This document shows, one piece after another, positions 26,345 to 40,799 of a DNA stretch of 64,000 bases. The notes beneath the pieces were generated by a model. The model saw nothing but the letters and a program-made list of their open reading frames with translations, was not told the DNA's origin and did not search any database. Location of the stretch: assembly GCA_013239625.1 (NCBI GenBank), contig MU054187.1, forward strand, positions 23,560,795-23,624,794, in the 5' to 3' direction. Made by a program: the position numbers and the translations under genes. The DNA is from Lama guanicoe. Lineage: Eukaryota. Numbering within the stretch: the stretch's first letter is position 1; every line of letters begins with the position of its first letter.

Positions 26345-26440
26345 ATTAATCATTTTTTTGCAAGCTGACAGTGCATAAGGCACTATAGTAAAACCTGGAT
26401 AAAATTACAAATAAGATCATTGTTGCCCTCTAAGAACTCA
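26345..26440. repeat. Copy B of a ~95 bp local direct repeat (copy A at 24924-25018)
   Basis: Same alignment as copy A. Confidence 0.92.
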
Positions 26441-29400
26441 ACTTCCCAAACTGAAGAATGGTATTTTTTTTCAACAATATGACCCTATTGAGATATCTAT
26501 GCTAGAAGGGAAAATTAATGTGCATATGCCATGTCTAAAGTGTCATTTTCCTGAACAATTAACCACTAACTACAGCTGTGACTAGTAGCATCGTCACATG
26601 TCTACCAATTATTCTGTAATGACATTTGGGGTTTGAACTTCATGCAACTTGTCTTACCCAATTGTAGCTAGATATTGTCAAGGGTGAGGAAGTGTTTCTC
26701 CTATAAAAAATATTCTTTCATTTACTTAAGGTTATTCACTTCAAACCAAATCATGTAAGTAAGTTAACTTTTCACGTATAGATGAAATCAGACTATTTTG
26801 TTAAGAATATTTGGCCCTCTCCTTAGGGATTTGATGATTTTAATTCTCTTCTTCTCAGAGAGGGGAGAGAGATTTGGGAGGATAGTCAGAGAAAGATGTT
26901 GACACTGAGCTCACATCCCAATCACAATTACAGCAGAAATGTAGAGTCATTTAAGGTTACATTTTAAAAATAACCCAAAACTTGGGGTGTTGGAGGGGGG
27001 GACTTCCACCAGAGGCAGATGCTTTTTAGTTTTACAATTCTATGCATTCATTTTAAATGCACAATCATATGTTCAGCTCCTGTCCCATCCTGCTGTCCCT
27101 TGCTTCAATCTTTGGTAAGGCTCTCAGATTCCTTGAAGTGCAGTGAACTACCAGTGAAACTGAGAAAAGCCAAGTAACTCTGCCTTTGGCACAAAAATAA
27201 AAGCTGTGGTACTTAATGCAAGGTGCGCACTAGTATACGTTTCCCTTCCCACCTGGGTCTATTCATCATATAACCAATGATCCCGTGAAGTCGCAGCTTT
27301 CCCCCAATACCTGATACACTTCCACTATGACCTTACAACTGAAACACAGGAGAGTTATTTTCTCCTTGAAAATAAATAGCAATTATAGAAGTTAAATTTC
27401 ACCAAAAGAAACAGACATTAAATATATCAAAGCCTTAATGTGTGCAACACAAGATGGAATCCTTTGTGGTATTTCCACCAAATGGATCCCCCAAAACTGC
27501 AGTACTATAAGTACAATCCTTTGAAAATAAAACATTTATTCTAAAACTAGTTAAGAGATTAGCAAATGCATTGTTGTCAGGAAGGTTTATTTGTTGAAAC
27601 TCCATCTAGTAAACTCATCCACCACTTAGTGAAAACATGCCAAGATAATCTTCTCATCTAATCTGTAATGAACAGGCTGCCAGGGAAGACTTATATTCAG
27701 TTACCCAGTCAACAGTGGTGCAGTCTGAAATAGACTCCACTTTTTTTTTTTTTCTGAATGAAGGAGACAATATTTCAGCAGCAATGTATTATTTACTAGG
27801 AAACTCAATACTTACTGTCCTGCAATTTCACCCAAATTAGAAGAATTCATCTTGATTTTTAATAGCATACATACACTAATATTCTGAAATTGAACTCTTT
27901 TTTCCCATAACACTTTGTTTGCATTCATTTCTTACTTGCTAAAGAGCTGACTTGTTGATAGGTTACTCATGAGTGCTAAGCTATTGGCAATCATGTTTAT
28001 GAGGACAGCAAAGAGAAAACTGTTAATAATAAACCCTCTGATTCATATATAAATGGGAAAACTATAAAATTTTAAACTTTAAGTGCACAATGAAAAAATA
28101 GCAAGTTCTAAAAATACAGATTTGATTTATGCCATAGTCTTTTGAACAAATGAGTTTAGAATTATATGAAAAATGAATTGTGATTTTTCTCTAAGTTCTT
28201 TTATATTATGTCATTCATCACGAAAGGCTGTTTTTCCAAATGAGTGAGAAGTGAGTAATTATTTATAATCATAAAGAATCAGGAAGGCTAGGGGATCTGC
28301 CATTTTATGGTCAAAGTTTGTTTCTTGGCTGCCAAATCAATGTCATTAAGATTATGGGTCACCCTGAGCTGATCATTCTTAATATCACTATTTGTTAATC
28401 AAGAACTCTTCTGTGACATCAATAGTTGAACAGGAATAATTTTCAGTTGAAACTTGTAATGCATCTTTCAACAAAACAGTGGAAAATCAAGCATAAATAT
28501 ACTGGTGTCAAAGTACGAAACCAGCAAGCTCTCAATAACATTCCTTACTGAAGCACAAACTGCTATGGATGACCTTACTCTGGATCAGGGTGAGAAGCCA
28601 GTGAGTGTACCTACAATGGCTCTAAGTATTAATTTGATCCTTGCTGCTTCTTTACATACATAACTATTCAATATGGAAGCTATAGAAGAAAACAAATACA
28701 TACTCAAACACTTTTCATCACCAAGGGAGAATCCTCTCTTGAGTTTGCTTTTGTTTTCATTATTTCATTCAAGCTGTTTGAGACCACAGAATTCTGAGAG
28801 TCTGATCATTTTTGGTATGATAGGGAAAAGATGTACCAAAGAGCCCTAAATAGTAAGAAGCTAAGGCTCCTTGGATGAGACTAAGTTGGTCTACATGGTG
28901 ATGGAAGACTGGCTAAATATGCGCTAAACTGAACACACAGCATCAATGGCAGGAAACAACTCTGGCCACAATGTACAGTGCTGTGTAATACTGACTCTTG
29001 AATTACCAGTGAATGAAGATCAGGTTCAAACAGTGAAGATCAGGAATAAACACTGGTCCGTAATCATCAACGTATGGGAGTCTCTGATATAATTACCCTT
29101 GTTCTATCCCTATAGAATAAAACAGATTTGTTGTACAAATAGACCAAGACAGGTGGCTTATTCTACAGAACTGGACAATAAGAAGTTTGGGAAATTGGGA
29201 TATGACAGATGTGACATAGAGACAACTGCTATTTATAACTCTCTTTTTTTTTTTTTTGGTTTTCTACTAAATTATAATTTTTTTGTGATAAAAATTAAAT
29301 TAAATCTACAAAATAATATTTGAAAGTATTACTTAAAGACTATTTCATTGATATTCATTCTCAAACATTGTTATTTGAAACATATTTTTCTTTTCAATAG

Positions 29401-32400
29401 TGTTTAAAAATATTGCTTCTCCTGATGATTGGAAATAAATTTGATCTCAGATTGTTTGTCCCTTTATATTTTTACAATGCTCTCAATTGCACATAATGGA
29501 TAATTAAGGAATAATTTCCTCATGTGTGCATTTAGGGGAAATTATATTGAATTTGTCGGGTCAGTGTGAGGATTGAGAATATATAAAACTGCCAGCATAA
29601 TTCTTGCTCAGTAAGTCACTTTATTATTTTATGCTTATTAATTGTTCTGAGTTCTTGACATTGTTCCCACCAAAGTTAAGATTTGTCCTTGGAATGCGCA
29701 AGACTGAAAGTGTAGGTGAGACTTAAGCAGCCAGATTTGTGAGCAGAGACCAGCTACAGAGGGTACAGAATCACGCATTGCTTGAAAAGTCCCCGAATCC
29801 CAAGACAAAGAGGGGAAGTATAAAAAGTCTCACACGTTAGTTTTTATTTTGCTTTGTTTTATTTTGCTCACTGGATTGGCATATATATTTGAGAGCACTG
29901 GAAAAATATTGAGACAAACAGATTTCTTCAAGAGAAAACTTTATTCTTTTCACTGTCTGGACTCATCCCATCTCGTTATCACTAGAACAACCAACCACAG
30001 ATCCTCAAGTGGTGCAGCAAAATCTAACCTTGAATTACATTCTGTATTACTAATATATTCAAATATCTTCCTACCTTTTGAGACAAAAACAATTTTCTGC
30101 ACTTAGTGATTATCCAAATGGAGGGACAACCAGAAGAGCTCTGTTCTCTGTGGCACAAGAAGATATATCAAGCAATAAAAGGCAAACACTTAAATATTAA
30201 ATTCTCTGCCAATAGATTCTGTCTTTACTAGATTCTAGTATAAATAGGGAGTAGCAGGCATACAAGTTTGAGTAAACTCATTAAGAATGTCTGTCAGCAA
30301 TATTTCATGCAACCGTACAGTGAAAATCTATATTAATTGACTCAGCTATCCACACCCATATATCAGGGCGATATCCTGAACGAAGACTTTCAACAAACAC
30401 AACAACAAAAAGAAGCCATCAGTACTTCTTATAACTAACGGCAAACATAAGCAGAGAACTTTTAGAATATATATTCTTATTTAATCCCTCTGGCCAGTAC
30501 TCAAATCCAGAGAAGTGAATTCTCCTCCAGCTGGTAGAAGCTAAAAAGTTTATTAATGCCTTAATATAAAATTAAGATACCACTATTTGTTCACTCAAGT
30601 GAATCACAAAGCCCAGAACCATATTGAAGCTCCGTCATAGACAGGACCCAGCATTAAAGAGACAGCATATTGAAATGATGCTCAGACATCTTTCCCCCTC
30701 AAAAATTAAATGATTAAGTTTAGGAATTTATTAGATGTATTTAGAAAGTATAGACTTCATTGAAGAGGAAGAAAGGGGAGAGGTAGGGTATGGCATTTTA
30801 TTTAATCTGAAAATTCACTTTGCCAGACTGTATTCCCATTTGTGACTCAGCCAGTTATTTCAGGCAGAGTTCACTTTAGCTAATGTGTGCTGTGGACAAA
30901 TGCAAGTCTCATATACCCATGATCCTATGATCCAAATTATAGTACTCAGTATGGAAGAATGAAGACAAAAATGATAAATATATTTTTAAGGTAAAAATCA
31001 CTTCTATTTACATATGGTGTAAATGCTTTTTTATTATTTGGGGTCATAATTTTTTTTAAATTATTGACTTCATGTTAAATTTAACATATTTACTAACAAA
31101 ATATATAAATCTCTAATAGTATTATACTCTGATGTAATTAACTGACTTTCCTAATAAAATGCAAGTGAAAGAATGCATTTTAATAGCTCTCGATGGTATA
31201 AAGTTATTTAGCATTTTCAGTCAGAGAATTCCAAACGTATTTGTTAAATTCTGTTATTAAATTTAACAAACAACTGAAAAATGATCACTCTTTATTTTGT
31301 GCTATCATCAGCAAAGTTAGCAAAAATCAAAGGGCATTTTTCTCTGACATATCATATATTCACTGGTTATAAAGAGTGGCAGAATTTAGAACCTAAATTT
31401 TCTAGCTTGAAAAGCAGCTATAAGTATGAATTATAACTACCTATTAACCAAAAAAGTTAAACTACCATGGGAGTAGTTATTCAGAAATGGTCAAACTGAA
31501 AATTCATAGGATAAGTTATCAAGGCTGAGATTAGCCTTTCTGTTCATTCAAAAATCCAAAGGAGCTCTAAATCACCATCTCATCTCCACCATGAATGAAT
31601 CATGAAATTCCATACATAGTAGGCAATTCCTTTAGAATTTTACTGTCACTTAAATGGCTTCTTTAATGCAAATGAAGTAGTGGAAGGATCAAAAGTTACT
31701 CCACTGAACATCTTAGCAATCAAGAGACACTGCATGTGGACAAAGAGATGCGAAACATCTGGGGCCATTAGTAAAAGTCGTAATGATCACCATGGTCATA
31801 GTTTTCACCTTAACACGAAACTCTCCAATTTATGATAGAAACTAAAAACTTAGGAGGTAAAAGGGAGGGAGAGTTTTTCCATTCTGCATAAAAGTGAACT
31901 GTATATTGCATTTAGCAATTGTGGGAGCAAAACCCCTCAAACAGTATGGCTGAGCTCTGGTGATAAAAACAAACAAGCAGAAAGACAGCAGCCCTTAGTG
32001 GGATTCCATTATACGCTAGTCATTGTGCTGGAATGTTGGGGTGCTATGATATACTGTCTCCTTATCTGTCTTTACTGTGAATTTTTTAAAAGATGATGCA
32101 CTTCAGCCTAAGACACGTGGATGATGGACTTAACTAGCTTTCATTTTGTGGGGCAGATTCAGTCTCACCAGCACCAAAAAATGATGAAGAAATTAATCTC
32201 ATTTAGGTTCTTCAAGGTAGACATGCAAAATGTCTTTGAGGTATAGACACAAAACACCAGAGAACTGTGTATCATGCACACATACACACATTCATGCATG
32301 AACTCTCCTATGTATAAAATAAGAAAAAATAAACTACACTTTCACTTAATGCACAGATTGATCTGGGTGCCCTCACTTGGACAGACTCCATCCATTCATC

Positions 32401-32667
32401 AAGCTCGATTCCAGCCCACCGCAACATACAGCTACTTTTCTGTGACAGATAAAATAGATTTATGGATGTCATTTTAAAAACCAGAAATTTTATAACACTT
32501 TGCAATGTGATAGGGAACGACAAAGAAAATATTTTGCACCATAACGATGTTTCCTGGTTATCTCATGATAAAGTACTTTAACAGTTGTCAAACAAATAAA
32601 TTATGAGTTTCTTCTACAAAAAGACCAAAGTGTTCTCCTTTTCTGTAAAGACAAGTAGCTACACATA

Positions 32668-33024
32668 CAGCTGACTCTTAAACAACATGGGGTTAGGGGT
32701 GCTGATCCCCTCACACAGCCAAAAATCTGAGTACAACTTTTAACTCCCCCCAAACTTAACTCTTAATAGCCTGCTGTTGACCAGAAGCCTTACCGACAAC
32801 ATAAACATTCGATTAACACATATTTTGTATGTTATATGCATATTTACATATATTTTATACTTTCATGACATACCATTTTCTTAATTTGGGGAGTGGTTCT
32901 TTTGTCTGCAAAAGTGTTTTCAAATTGCTGCAAATCTCAAAAAATTTTCCAACATATTTATTGAAAAAATTTGCATGCAAGCAGACCTGTACAGTTCAAA
33001 CCTGTGTCACTCAAGAATCAACTG
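32668..33024. mobile_element. Tigger2a-like TcMar DNA transposon (non-autonomous)
   Basis: Terminal inverted repeats cagctgactcttaaacaacatggg and cctgtgtcactcaagaatcaactg, preceded by TA. Confidence 0.85.
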
Positions 33025-33593
33025 CAGCATGTTACTCAAAACCTATTTTTGGAGTATGAAAAAAAGAACATTTAATCTGTTTCATCAAGATAAAAGTGAT
33101 GTTTTAGCAAGGCAGGAGGGAAAAACTGCTTTTGAAGAGTGTCCCATGTACAGAGTAATTGAAAGATGCATGTTTGGAAGTGTTTCCACTATCACATGAC
33201 TTAGTACTCAAAAGGTATAAATACATCAACTATTAAAACTGTCTCAGAATTTCCTTCTTTAAAATTCCAGGAATAGAATTTCCCACCTGTAAAATAATCT
33301 GCAAAAAGAATAATTTCAGTAGGTTTTAAGTCCATTTGTTTAAAATATGAAAATGCTACGCCTTCTGATTTGTTTTTAGGAACAACTGAAAGACATCAGG
33401 GAAGATAAGAATTTACATCTGAATTTTACAAAAAACCTTTTTAATTGATGGATAAGATGATAGAATATGGCTGATGATTTGCAATCAGCTAATGACAGCT
33501 TTTCCTGTTGTATTTATATATATACTTATGTGGTGTCTTTTTTTTTTTTTTTGGCCATGATAGTTTTTAAGAAGATTAGAAATAAAGAGATCT

Positions 33594-33946
33594 TATGCTT
33601 GGTGAAATAAGTCAAAGACAAATACTGTTCATTTTCACTTATAGGCGGAATCTAAAAAAATAAAACAAATGAATATAATAAAACAGAAATAGACTCATAG
33701 ATACTGAGAACAGACTAGTGGTTACCAGAGGGGAGAGGAGTATGAGGAGGAGCAAGATAGGTGAAGGGGATGAAGAGGTACCACCTATACGTGTAAAATA
33801 AATAAGTTGCAGGGATGTAATGTGTAGTGCAGGGAATATAGTCAATGTTTTATACTAACCTTCTATAGAGTGTAACCTATAAAAACATTGAATCATGTAC
33901 AGCTGAAACTAATGTGTCGTAAGCCAACAACATTTCAATAAAAAAG
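33594..33946 (+). mobile_element. LINE-1 3'UTR fragment
   Basis: Typical L1 3'UTR (cacttataggcggaatctaaaa...gtggttaccagagggga...aataaaaaa). Confidence 0.88.
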
Positions 33947-35159
33947 AGAAATGGATCTTGAAGTTGCTGTATTTCAAAGTGTTAAAATCAATATTTTCAA
34001 AATAATGAAGCATAACTCTCAAAGATAATGATTAATGATAGTTCTAATAAGAACACAACAATATAAATGCAAGTAAGTAAAATACAAAAATTATTGCTTA
34101 ACATTATGTCATCCTGAACTCATTTTAATATTTCTGTTATCAGTATGTTTTGTAACATACAGAATGCTTAGTCCATCAGTTCAAAAACATCATTGTAAAT
34201 AAAATAGTTATGAATGTTAGAAAAATTGATTGAGGGAGGCAAGCAATAGAAAGTGCAGATAACACTGATCATCAGAAAGAAATCAGTCTGGTTTTAAAAA
34301 TGAAGCTACTCCTTAAAAGCTCTCAGATGTGACACGCCTGTTCTCCCGAAGGGGTGAGACCACCGTTTATCAGTATCTCTGTGTTCTATTCTGACTGTGG
34401 TAATTCCCAGGCTTTTCCTTTCTCTCGGGCACCACTGAAGTTACTGAAGTCCTGCTCAATAAAGTCCTTAGAATAACTTCCACGACATCGTTCGTAATGC
34501 GGTCTCAAACCTTGCCCTTGTTACTGTGTTGCATGAAATTTCAGTCCCACCCAGAACAGATCTTGCGAATAACAGCAACCGCTACCAGTCCGTTACTGCC
34601 CACTGTGTACGTACTAGGCAATTCACGTACATCATCTTTAATCCTTATAACAATTCTTCACGCATGGAAGGGACCCAGCTGCCCATCGATCACCTGGGAA
34701 ATCCTAGAAGACCCAAAGCACATTTCAAAGTGAGAAGGCAGATCGTTTGAAAACATATCTATAATAACTGGGAGTTTTTGTAGTTTTCAGGCAAGCAAAA
34801 TGTCCCATTTAACCTCATGAAAGGAGTGGTGATCGTCTATGTTCTGAGTATAACACTAACTTCTACTTCTGAGGGCTTCTCTAATGGCCAGTGCAAAGCA
34901 GCCCTGCGCAGCCCAGTGTGCCCTGCCTAATTAATATTCTTGTTTCCATGCTAGAATATTTCACTGTGGTCATTTCTGTTTTATAGCTTTAAAAAACGCA
35001 GCGACCATCTTTGCCAGAGAATTATCCTTTCTTCTCATGTCGTGAATTCTTTTGCAGCACTGTCTACAATAGTAAGACTAAATACGTCTCAGTTCTGCCA
35101 GTCCACCGTATCTACTCCTTTCCTTTATCTTTTCTAAAATTAACCCCTCGATTACCATC

Positions 35160-36730
35160 TATGTATTGATGGCGCACCAATTTAACCCTTTAACCTTGAA
35201 CTCACCCTAATGCCCAGGCTCTGCTAGCAAAGTGCTGTTTAAAACCAAAAATACAGGAATCATCCTTAATTTTCCTTTTTGCTCATCATTCAGCCTCAAT
35301 CCATCAGCATGCCTGAGCTCCAATTTTATATTGAATGGAAACTCTTGTTTCTGTGGCCACCTCTTTGTCCAGGGCACCATCTTTCCCCACCAGAAATTAC
35401 AAGATTCTCCAACTGGGCCCTCTGCTTTTATATTGCTCCCATTCCCTCTCCTTGCCCAACTAATGTGAAATGTCTTTTTTTTTTTAACTATAAAAAATAT
35501 GTAACTTAAAAGTTACCATTTTAACCAATTTCAACTGTAAGATTTGGGGACATTAGGTATATTCACATTGTTATGCATCCATCACCACCATCCTTCTCCA
35601 GAACTTTGTAATGATTAAAAATTGTAATTCTATACACAGTAAATGATAACTCCACATTTCCTTCTTCTCCTAGCCCTTGGTAACCAGTATTCTACTTTCT
35701 GTCTATGAATTTGACCACTCTAGGTGCCTTGTATAAACGGAATCATATAGTATTTATCCTTCTGTGTCTGGCTTATTTCGTTTAGGATGTTTTCAGGTTC
35801 ATCCACGTGACAGCATGCAGTACGTAACATTTTTAAAGCTGAATACTACCCCCTTGAATGGATACACTACATCTTGTTTATCCATTGACACACTGATGAA
35901 CACTCGGGTTGTGTCCATTTTTTGGATATTGTAAATAATACTGTTACAAACATTGGTGTACAAACACCTATTTGAATCCGGGATTTCAGTCCTTTGGGGT
36001 TGTATTTAGACGTAGAATTGCTGGATTATACGGCAATTCTATGTTTAACTTTTTGAGGAATTGTCATACTGCTTTCCTAAGCCCTCACCATCTTACATTC
36101 CCACCGGTAACACACAAGGGGTCTAATTCCTCCACATCCTCTCCAACACTTGTTATTTTCTGTTTATTTTTGTTTTTATAAACAGTGATCCTAAGGGGTG
36201 TGAGGTGGCATGAGCTGTCATCTTAAAATGTAAATCAGACTGCATCATTCATCTGTTATAACCCTTTAGCAGTTTCCCACCGACTTAATATAAAATCCAG
36301 ACTCCTTACTGTGGCCTACAGGTCCATGCAAAGTCATGGTTAACCCCTTAACGTCTTTTCATAGTACTGTCTCTTGACATTCTGGGCACTTGGTCTTTTT
36401 GTTTTTTTCTGTTCATGGAACAAGTTAAATTCTTTCCTGCCTTGGGGCACTGCATTTACTTTTCCTATGTATTTACTACAAAAAGACATTTCTTTGAACC
36501 TTTTTAAATTTAGTTCAAATTAGACTTGTTCACAGAACACTTCCCTGACTCCACTTTGCCACGGCCACAACACCATGTAGCGTCCTAAGTCCCTGACTGC
36601 ATTTACTGTGACCACTACATGGGAGCTTTGTTGATTTATGCATTTATTTTTTATCTTTATATTCCCATTTAACAGCATAGGTGCAACACCTGAAACAGTT
36701 TCTCGCACATCTTCTGAGCGTGAGCAATAG
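35160..36730 (+). mobile_element. L2 remnant (interrupted by the L1 at 35474-36212)
   Basis: L2 hallmarks such as aaatgtaaatcagac, ataaaatccagactccttactgtggcctaca and acttccctgact. Confidence 0.7.
35474..36212 (-). mobile_element. L1MB-like 3' end inserted within an L2
   Basis: Poly-T followed by an antisense L1MB-type 3'UTR and ORF2 tail. L2-like sequence on both sides. Confidence 0.85.
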
Positions 36731-37194
36731 AATTATAAGGATAGCAAAGTGAGGAACCCTTATATTAATGCCCATTTGGTATCACAATGGAAACCATACA
36801 AATGGTCTTTTGCTGTTTTCTGCCCACTGGCTTTGCTACCCAATGATTCACACCCCTCCCCGTCCCCCAACACACACAACCGGTTCCCAAATGAGGAGTC
36901 CAGTGCCTCAAATGTGAATAACAAAGCTTAGTTTATCACATATGTAGCAAAAATTAGTAACTTTCAGTCACCTCTAGGTGAGATCTAGGAACTATAGAAC
37001 AAGGTAAAATTGAGTGGCAACTCGGGACACTGTTGGGAAAGAATTGAGCGGCTTTTAGGTTTTTGTCTTTGCCTAGTCAGATTCTACCTTCCATTCCCAC
37101 ACCTGGAGATAAACATGAATGTAGACTTGTTTTTACCACTTGAAAACTGCATTTAGGAAAACACTGATATTCAGGGCAAACAACACACCGAGCG

Positions 37195-37398
37195 CACTAA
37201 CATTTACTGAGCCAGGCACTGAGCTAATCTCTTTAATACATTAGATCCTGAAATGATCACAAGCTGCGAGGCTGGTATCATTAAGTTCATTTTACAGGTG
37301 AGCAAATAGAATGAGAAGGGTTTTTCAACTTGCTCAGGGGGCCACAGAGCAAGTAGGTGATTTCCAGGGATACAAGTCTCAGTGTGAATCTAAAATGG

Positions 37399-37400
<2 letters not shown>
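37195..37400 (-). mobile_element. MIR SINE remnant followed by (TAAA)n/(TAAAA)n
   Basis: catttactgagccaggcactgagcta...cattttacaggtgagcaaa. Simple repeat at 37402-37440. Confidence 0.75.
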
Positions 37401-37429
<29 letters not shown>

Positions 37430-38449
37430 TAAAATAAAATGGGTCTTGATCTGAACAATGGCCAAAAAGTCAAGAGGAATGACTCCTGACCAAACCCAGC
37501 CTTTATTGTGTAAGATTAAGGATGATCTACACAGGCTATTCGAGGTCAGAAATGGGCTGTCTTGTTTCATGCAGCTGAATCTCATCAGTGGAAAGGTGGG
37601 CTATTTCACGGTGAAAAAAACAAAGCAGACAAAAAAATAATAATAATAAGCACATAATAAGGATTACCTGTCTGCCCAGCAGCACCCATATGCTACCAGT
37701 TACCAAAGGCAAAGTGCGAGCTGTTCTCAAAAGGCTAAAAATTATTATACTTCACTAAAAGTTTGAAAGTAAAAGTAAATTCTCTAAAAGAAAAAGTTTG
37801 AAGTTTTCCTTTGAAACAGCATAGTCCTCTGAAGGCAAAGGAGAGGTATCCCCCATCTCTTTCTGATCTCTGCCAAATGGTAAGAAAAGAGGTTTGTTTT
37901 GCCAATCCATTGCTATAATGTGATTTTTGGAAGCACTAAACTTTAAAGTGCTTTAATTTGGATGTAGGAGAGGCGAGTTACTGGGGATAGATTCTCCTGC
38001 TATAACTCCAGAAGATAGAGTGAATAGTGGAATAATACTTAAAAACAACAAAAACACACACATTCCACTTTCAGTACTGGGTGCTCTCTCAAAATAGCTT
38101 TCTCTCTCCAGGGAAAATCTTGCGCTTCAAAATCTTGAAAACATCCTTTGCCCCTGAGGGTTTATAGTTTTGGAAATGTGAAACTAGTTTTTGTTTGTTT
38201 GTTTGTTTTAAAGGGAAAAAAACATAGAATGATGGCTGAGTTTATCATTTATTATAATTAAGACAATTAAGAGGTTAACTGCTTTGTGACGTTAAAGGCT
38301 TCTTTTTCAAAATAAGGTCATGTGTGTTTTAAAAATATATGTGCTTTAGGGTTAATGAGTATGAATTCGTTAAAGTTTCTCGAGGGTAAGAAGCAATATT
38401 CCAGGCTCCTCTAAAGAAGGGTCTTAAAAAACAAATAAAACCTCTTCCA

Positions 38450-39625
38450 TGGTGCATTAATTCAACAAGTATTTGTTGAAAACCTATTACATACAGCTTC
38501 TTGACTAGGCTTTGGGGTTATTAACAGTGAGTGATACAGAAGTGGTATCTGTTCTTATGGAGCTGACAGATTGATGGCTGGGAAGACAAGCATTAAATAA
38601 ATGTGTCATTTCAAATTGTAACAAGTGCTTTAAAAGAACATGGAGTGTTGTGAAGGACCTAATTTAGATGCAGAGGATAAGAAGGCACGTGTAATGAACT
38701 GATAGCTCAAATGAAACTTGAAGTGTGAGTAAAAGTTAGCAAAGAAAAGGAAGGGAAGTTTACAGGAAAGAGAGAGCTAGCCCGGTACAAATGCCCAGAG
38801 GCAAGGGTGTTGGTTTTAAAACATATCAAATTTTTGGAAATTGGTCTCCTCAAAAGGAGGAGTCTGATTTCCCCTTCATTTGGCTAAGAGCTAGTCTTGG
38901 TACTTGGTTTTGATTAACAGAATATGATGGAAGTGATGCTGCCCGACTTTTGAGGCTATGTTAGAAAAGGTAACACGGCTTCTGCCTGGTTCCATCTCTC
39001 CCGGGAGACTCACCCTGGGAAACCAGCCACCATATTGTGAGGAAGCACAGGCTACCTGTGGAAGCCACATACAGGTGTTCTTACAGACAGCCTCATCCGT
39101 AGCCTCAGCCAATGAGCCAGCATCAGTTGCCAGACAGGTGAGTGACATGCTTTCAAGTGATGCTCGCTGTTAGCCTATGGGTAACACATTCAGAGGCAAG
39201 CCCCCCTTGCTGAGCTTTATGCAAATTACAGCTTTGTGAGCAAAATAATGGTGGTGTTTTAACACACTAAGTTTTGGGGCAGACTGTTTCATTACAATAC
39301 ATAACTGGCGCAGCATGAAAGAGCTCTGACTTTTCTTGGAAAGAAAGCTACTCTGGCTGAGAGGGAGTAAATCTAGAAGAGAGATTGACATGATCAGATT
39401 ATGCAACAACTGGTAGGGCTTTATAGGGGCAAGTATCATTTAAAGCCTTTAAGTGATATAATCAAATGTGTCCTAGAAAAGTATCATCCTGGCTGCTGTA
39501 TGGGCAATGCATTGAAGGAAATATGAGAGCAAGTGGAGCAGTTAGAAAGTAAATGAAATTCTGGCCATAGCTAGGGTGATGGATAAGTAGATTGAATTCA
39601 TGATACATTTGAGGAGTACACACAA
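38450..39625 (-). mobile_element. L2 remnant interrupted by the MLT1 LTR
   Basis: ttcaacaagtatttgttga...atggagctgaca on the left and atcatcctggctgctgtatgg on the right. Confidence 0.65.
38808..39312 (+). mobile_element. MaLR solo LTR (MLT1G/H-like)
   Basis: Matches recalled MLT1 motifs (aacagaatatgatggaagtgatgctg...ccagccaccatattgtgaggaagc...actaagttttgggg...ataactg). Confidence 0.85.
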
Positions 39626-40544
39626 CTCTGCAAGCTGTGAAGTATCCTACAGGTATTTTATTATTAGTATTATTCTCATCATCGTCGTCATCCTATTTAA
39701 GCTTGGCACATACTGGGCTTTTTTTTTTTTTTTGACAGCATGCTAGGCACTAGGATACAAAGGGTGCTAGGCACATACAAAGAAACAGCAAAATATTTAC
39801 CATCAAGGAGTCCATAGTTGAATCATCAGAGAAACAACAGATATTCTGATACACACTTGTATGGACATTATAGGTGCACCTGGATAGGGCACCCAAACCT
39901 CACAGCATAATGGTAATAGAATTTAAATACACCTTTAAAACATTTCAAACTTTTAAATCCTCTGAGTTTATAAAAAGGCTCCTCTGTCCCCCTTTGATCT
40001 TCAAGGTCACCTCCCTAGGCCAGGCTCTCTTTACTTGTACTTGAATATTGCAACATTTTCCTAATTGCCTATTTCATTTCCCAGCTCCGTAGTCTCTCCA
40101 TTTTGATCTATCCTACTTAGTTCTGAAAGATTAATCATCTTAAAATATCATTTCCTTTTTTAAACTTTCCTGCTCAAGACACTATGATTGCTATCATTGA
40201 CTTCCTGGACTGGTGTAAAATCCGTTATCCTTGCATTTATTAACTCCGAAAGTTCATACATATCTACTTCTGCAAACTCAACTCTGCCTAAAAACTTATA
40301 TACTCCCTGGATATTATCCAAACTGGTCTATTTATGGGCCATAGAACATGTTTCCCAGGCATCACCTAAGTTCAACTACCCCCTACCGCTACTGTCCTGA
40401 ATATACCAGTGTCTTGGCTCATCAAGTCCCAGTCTTCCTTGAAATCCTTATCATTTCATAGCTCCCTCTGTGGCCTCTCATAGCATTCAGTGTGTAGGCA
40501 GGTAGTCACTGGGCACTGAAGTCATCACTGACAGCTGATGCTAC

Positions 40545-40765
40545 ATAGTAAGCATGGGTATAGCCTTTGAGTCTTGAGGACACAGGTTCAAGGTGGGATC
40601 AGAAACCTACAAGTTATGATCTAGAGGACAGTAAATGGCCTTTGTAAGCCTCAGTTGGTACATCTGTGAAATGGATATAACACTATCAATAAATCATAGG
40701 ATTGTGGTGAGAGTTCCATTAAAAAATCCCTGCCAGAGTGCTTATCACAGGATATAGCACAAAAT
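40545..40765 (+). mobile_element. MIR SINE remnant
   Basis: aagcctcagtt...catctgtgaaatggatataa...cataggattgtggtgag. Confidence 0.75.
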
Positions 40766-40799
40766 AATTCAACAGCAGATAAAAGAAATGCATTTGTAT

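Noticed and set aside
31240..31270. Hairpin tttgttaaatt-N9-aatttaacaaa
   Set aside because: It is AT-rich and too short for a pre-miRNA or MITE, and compatible with chance.
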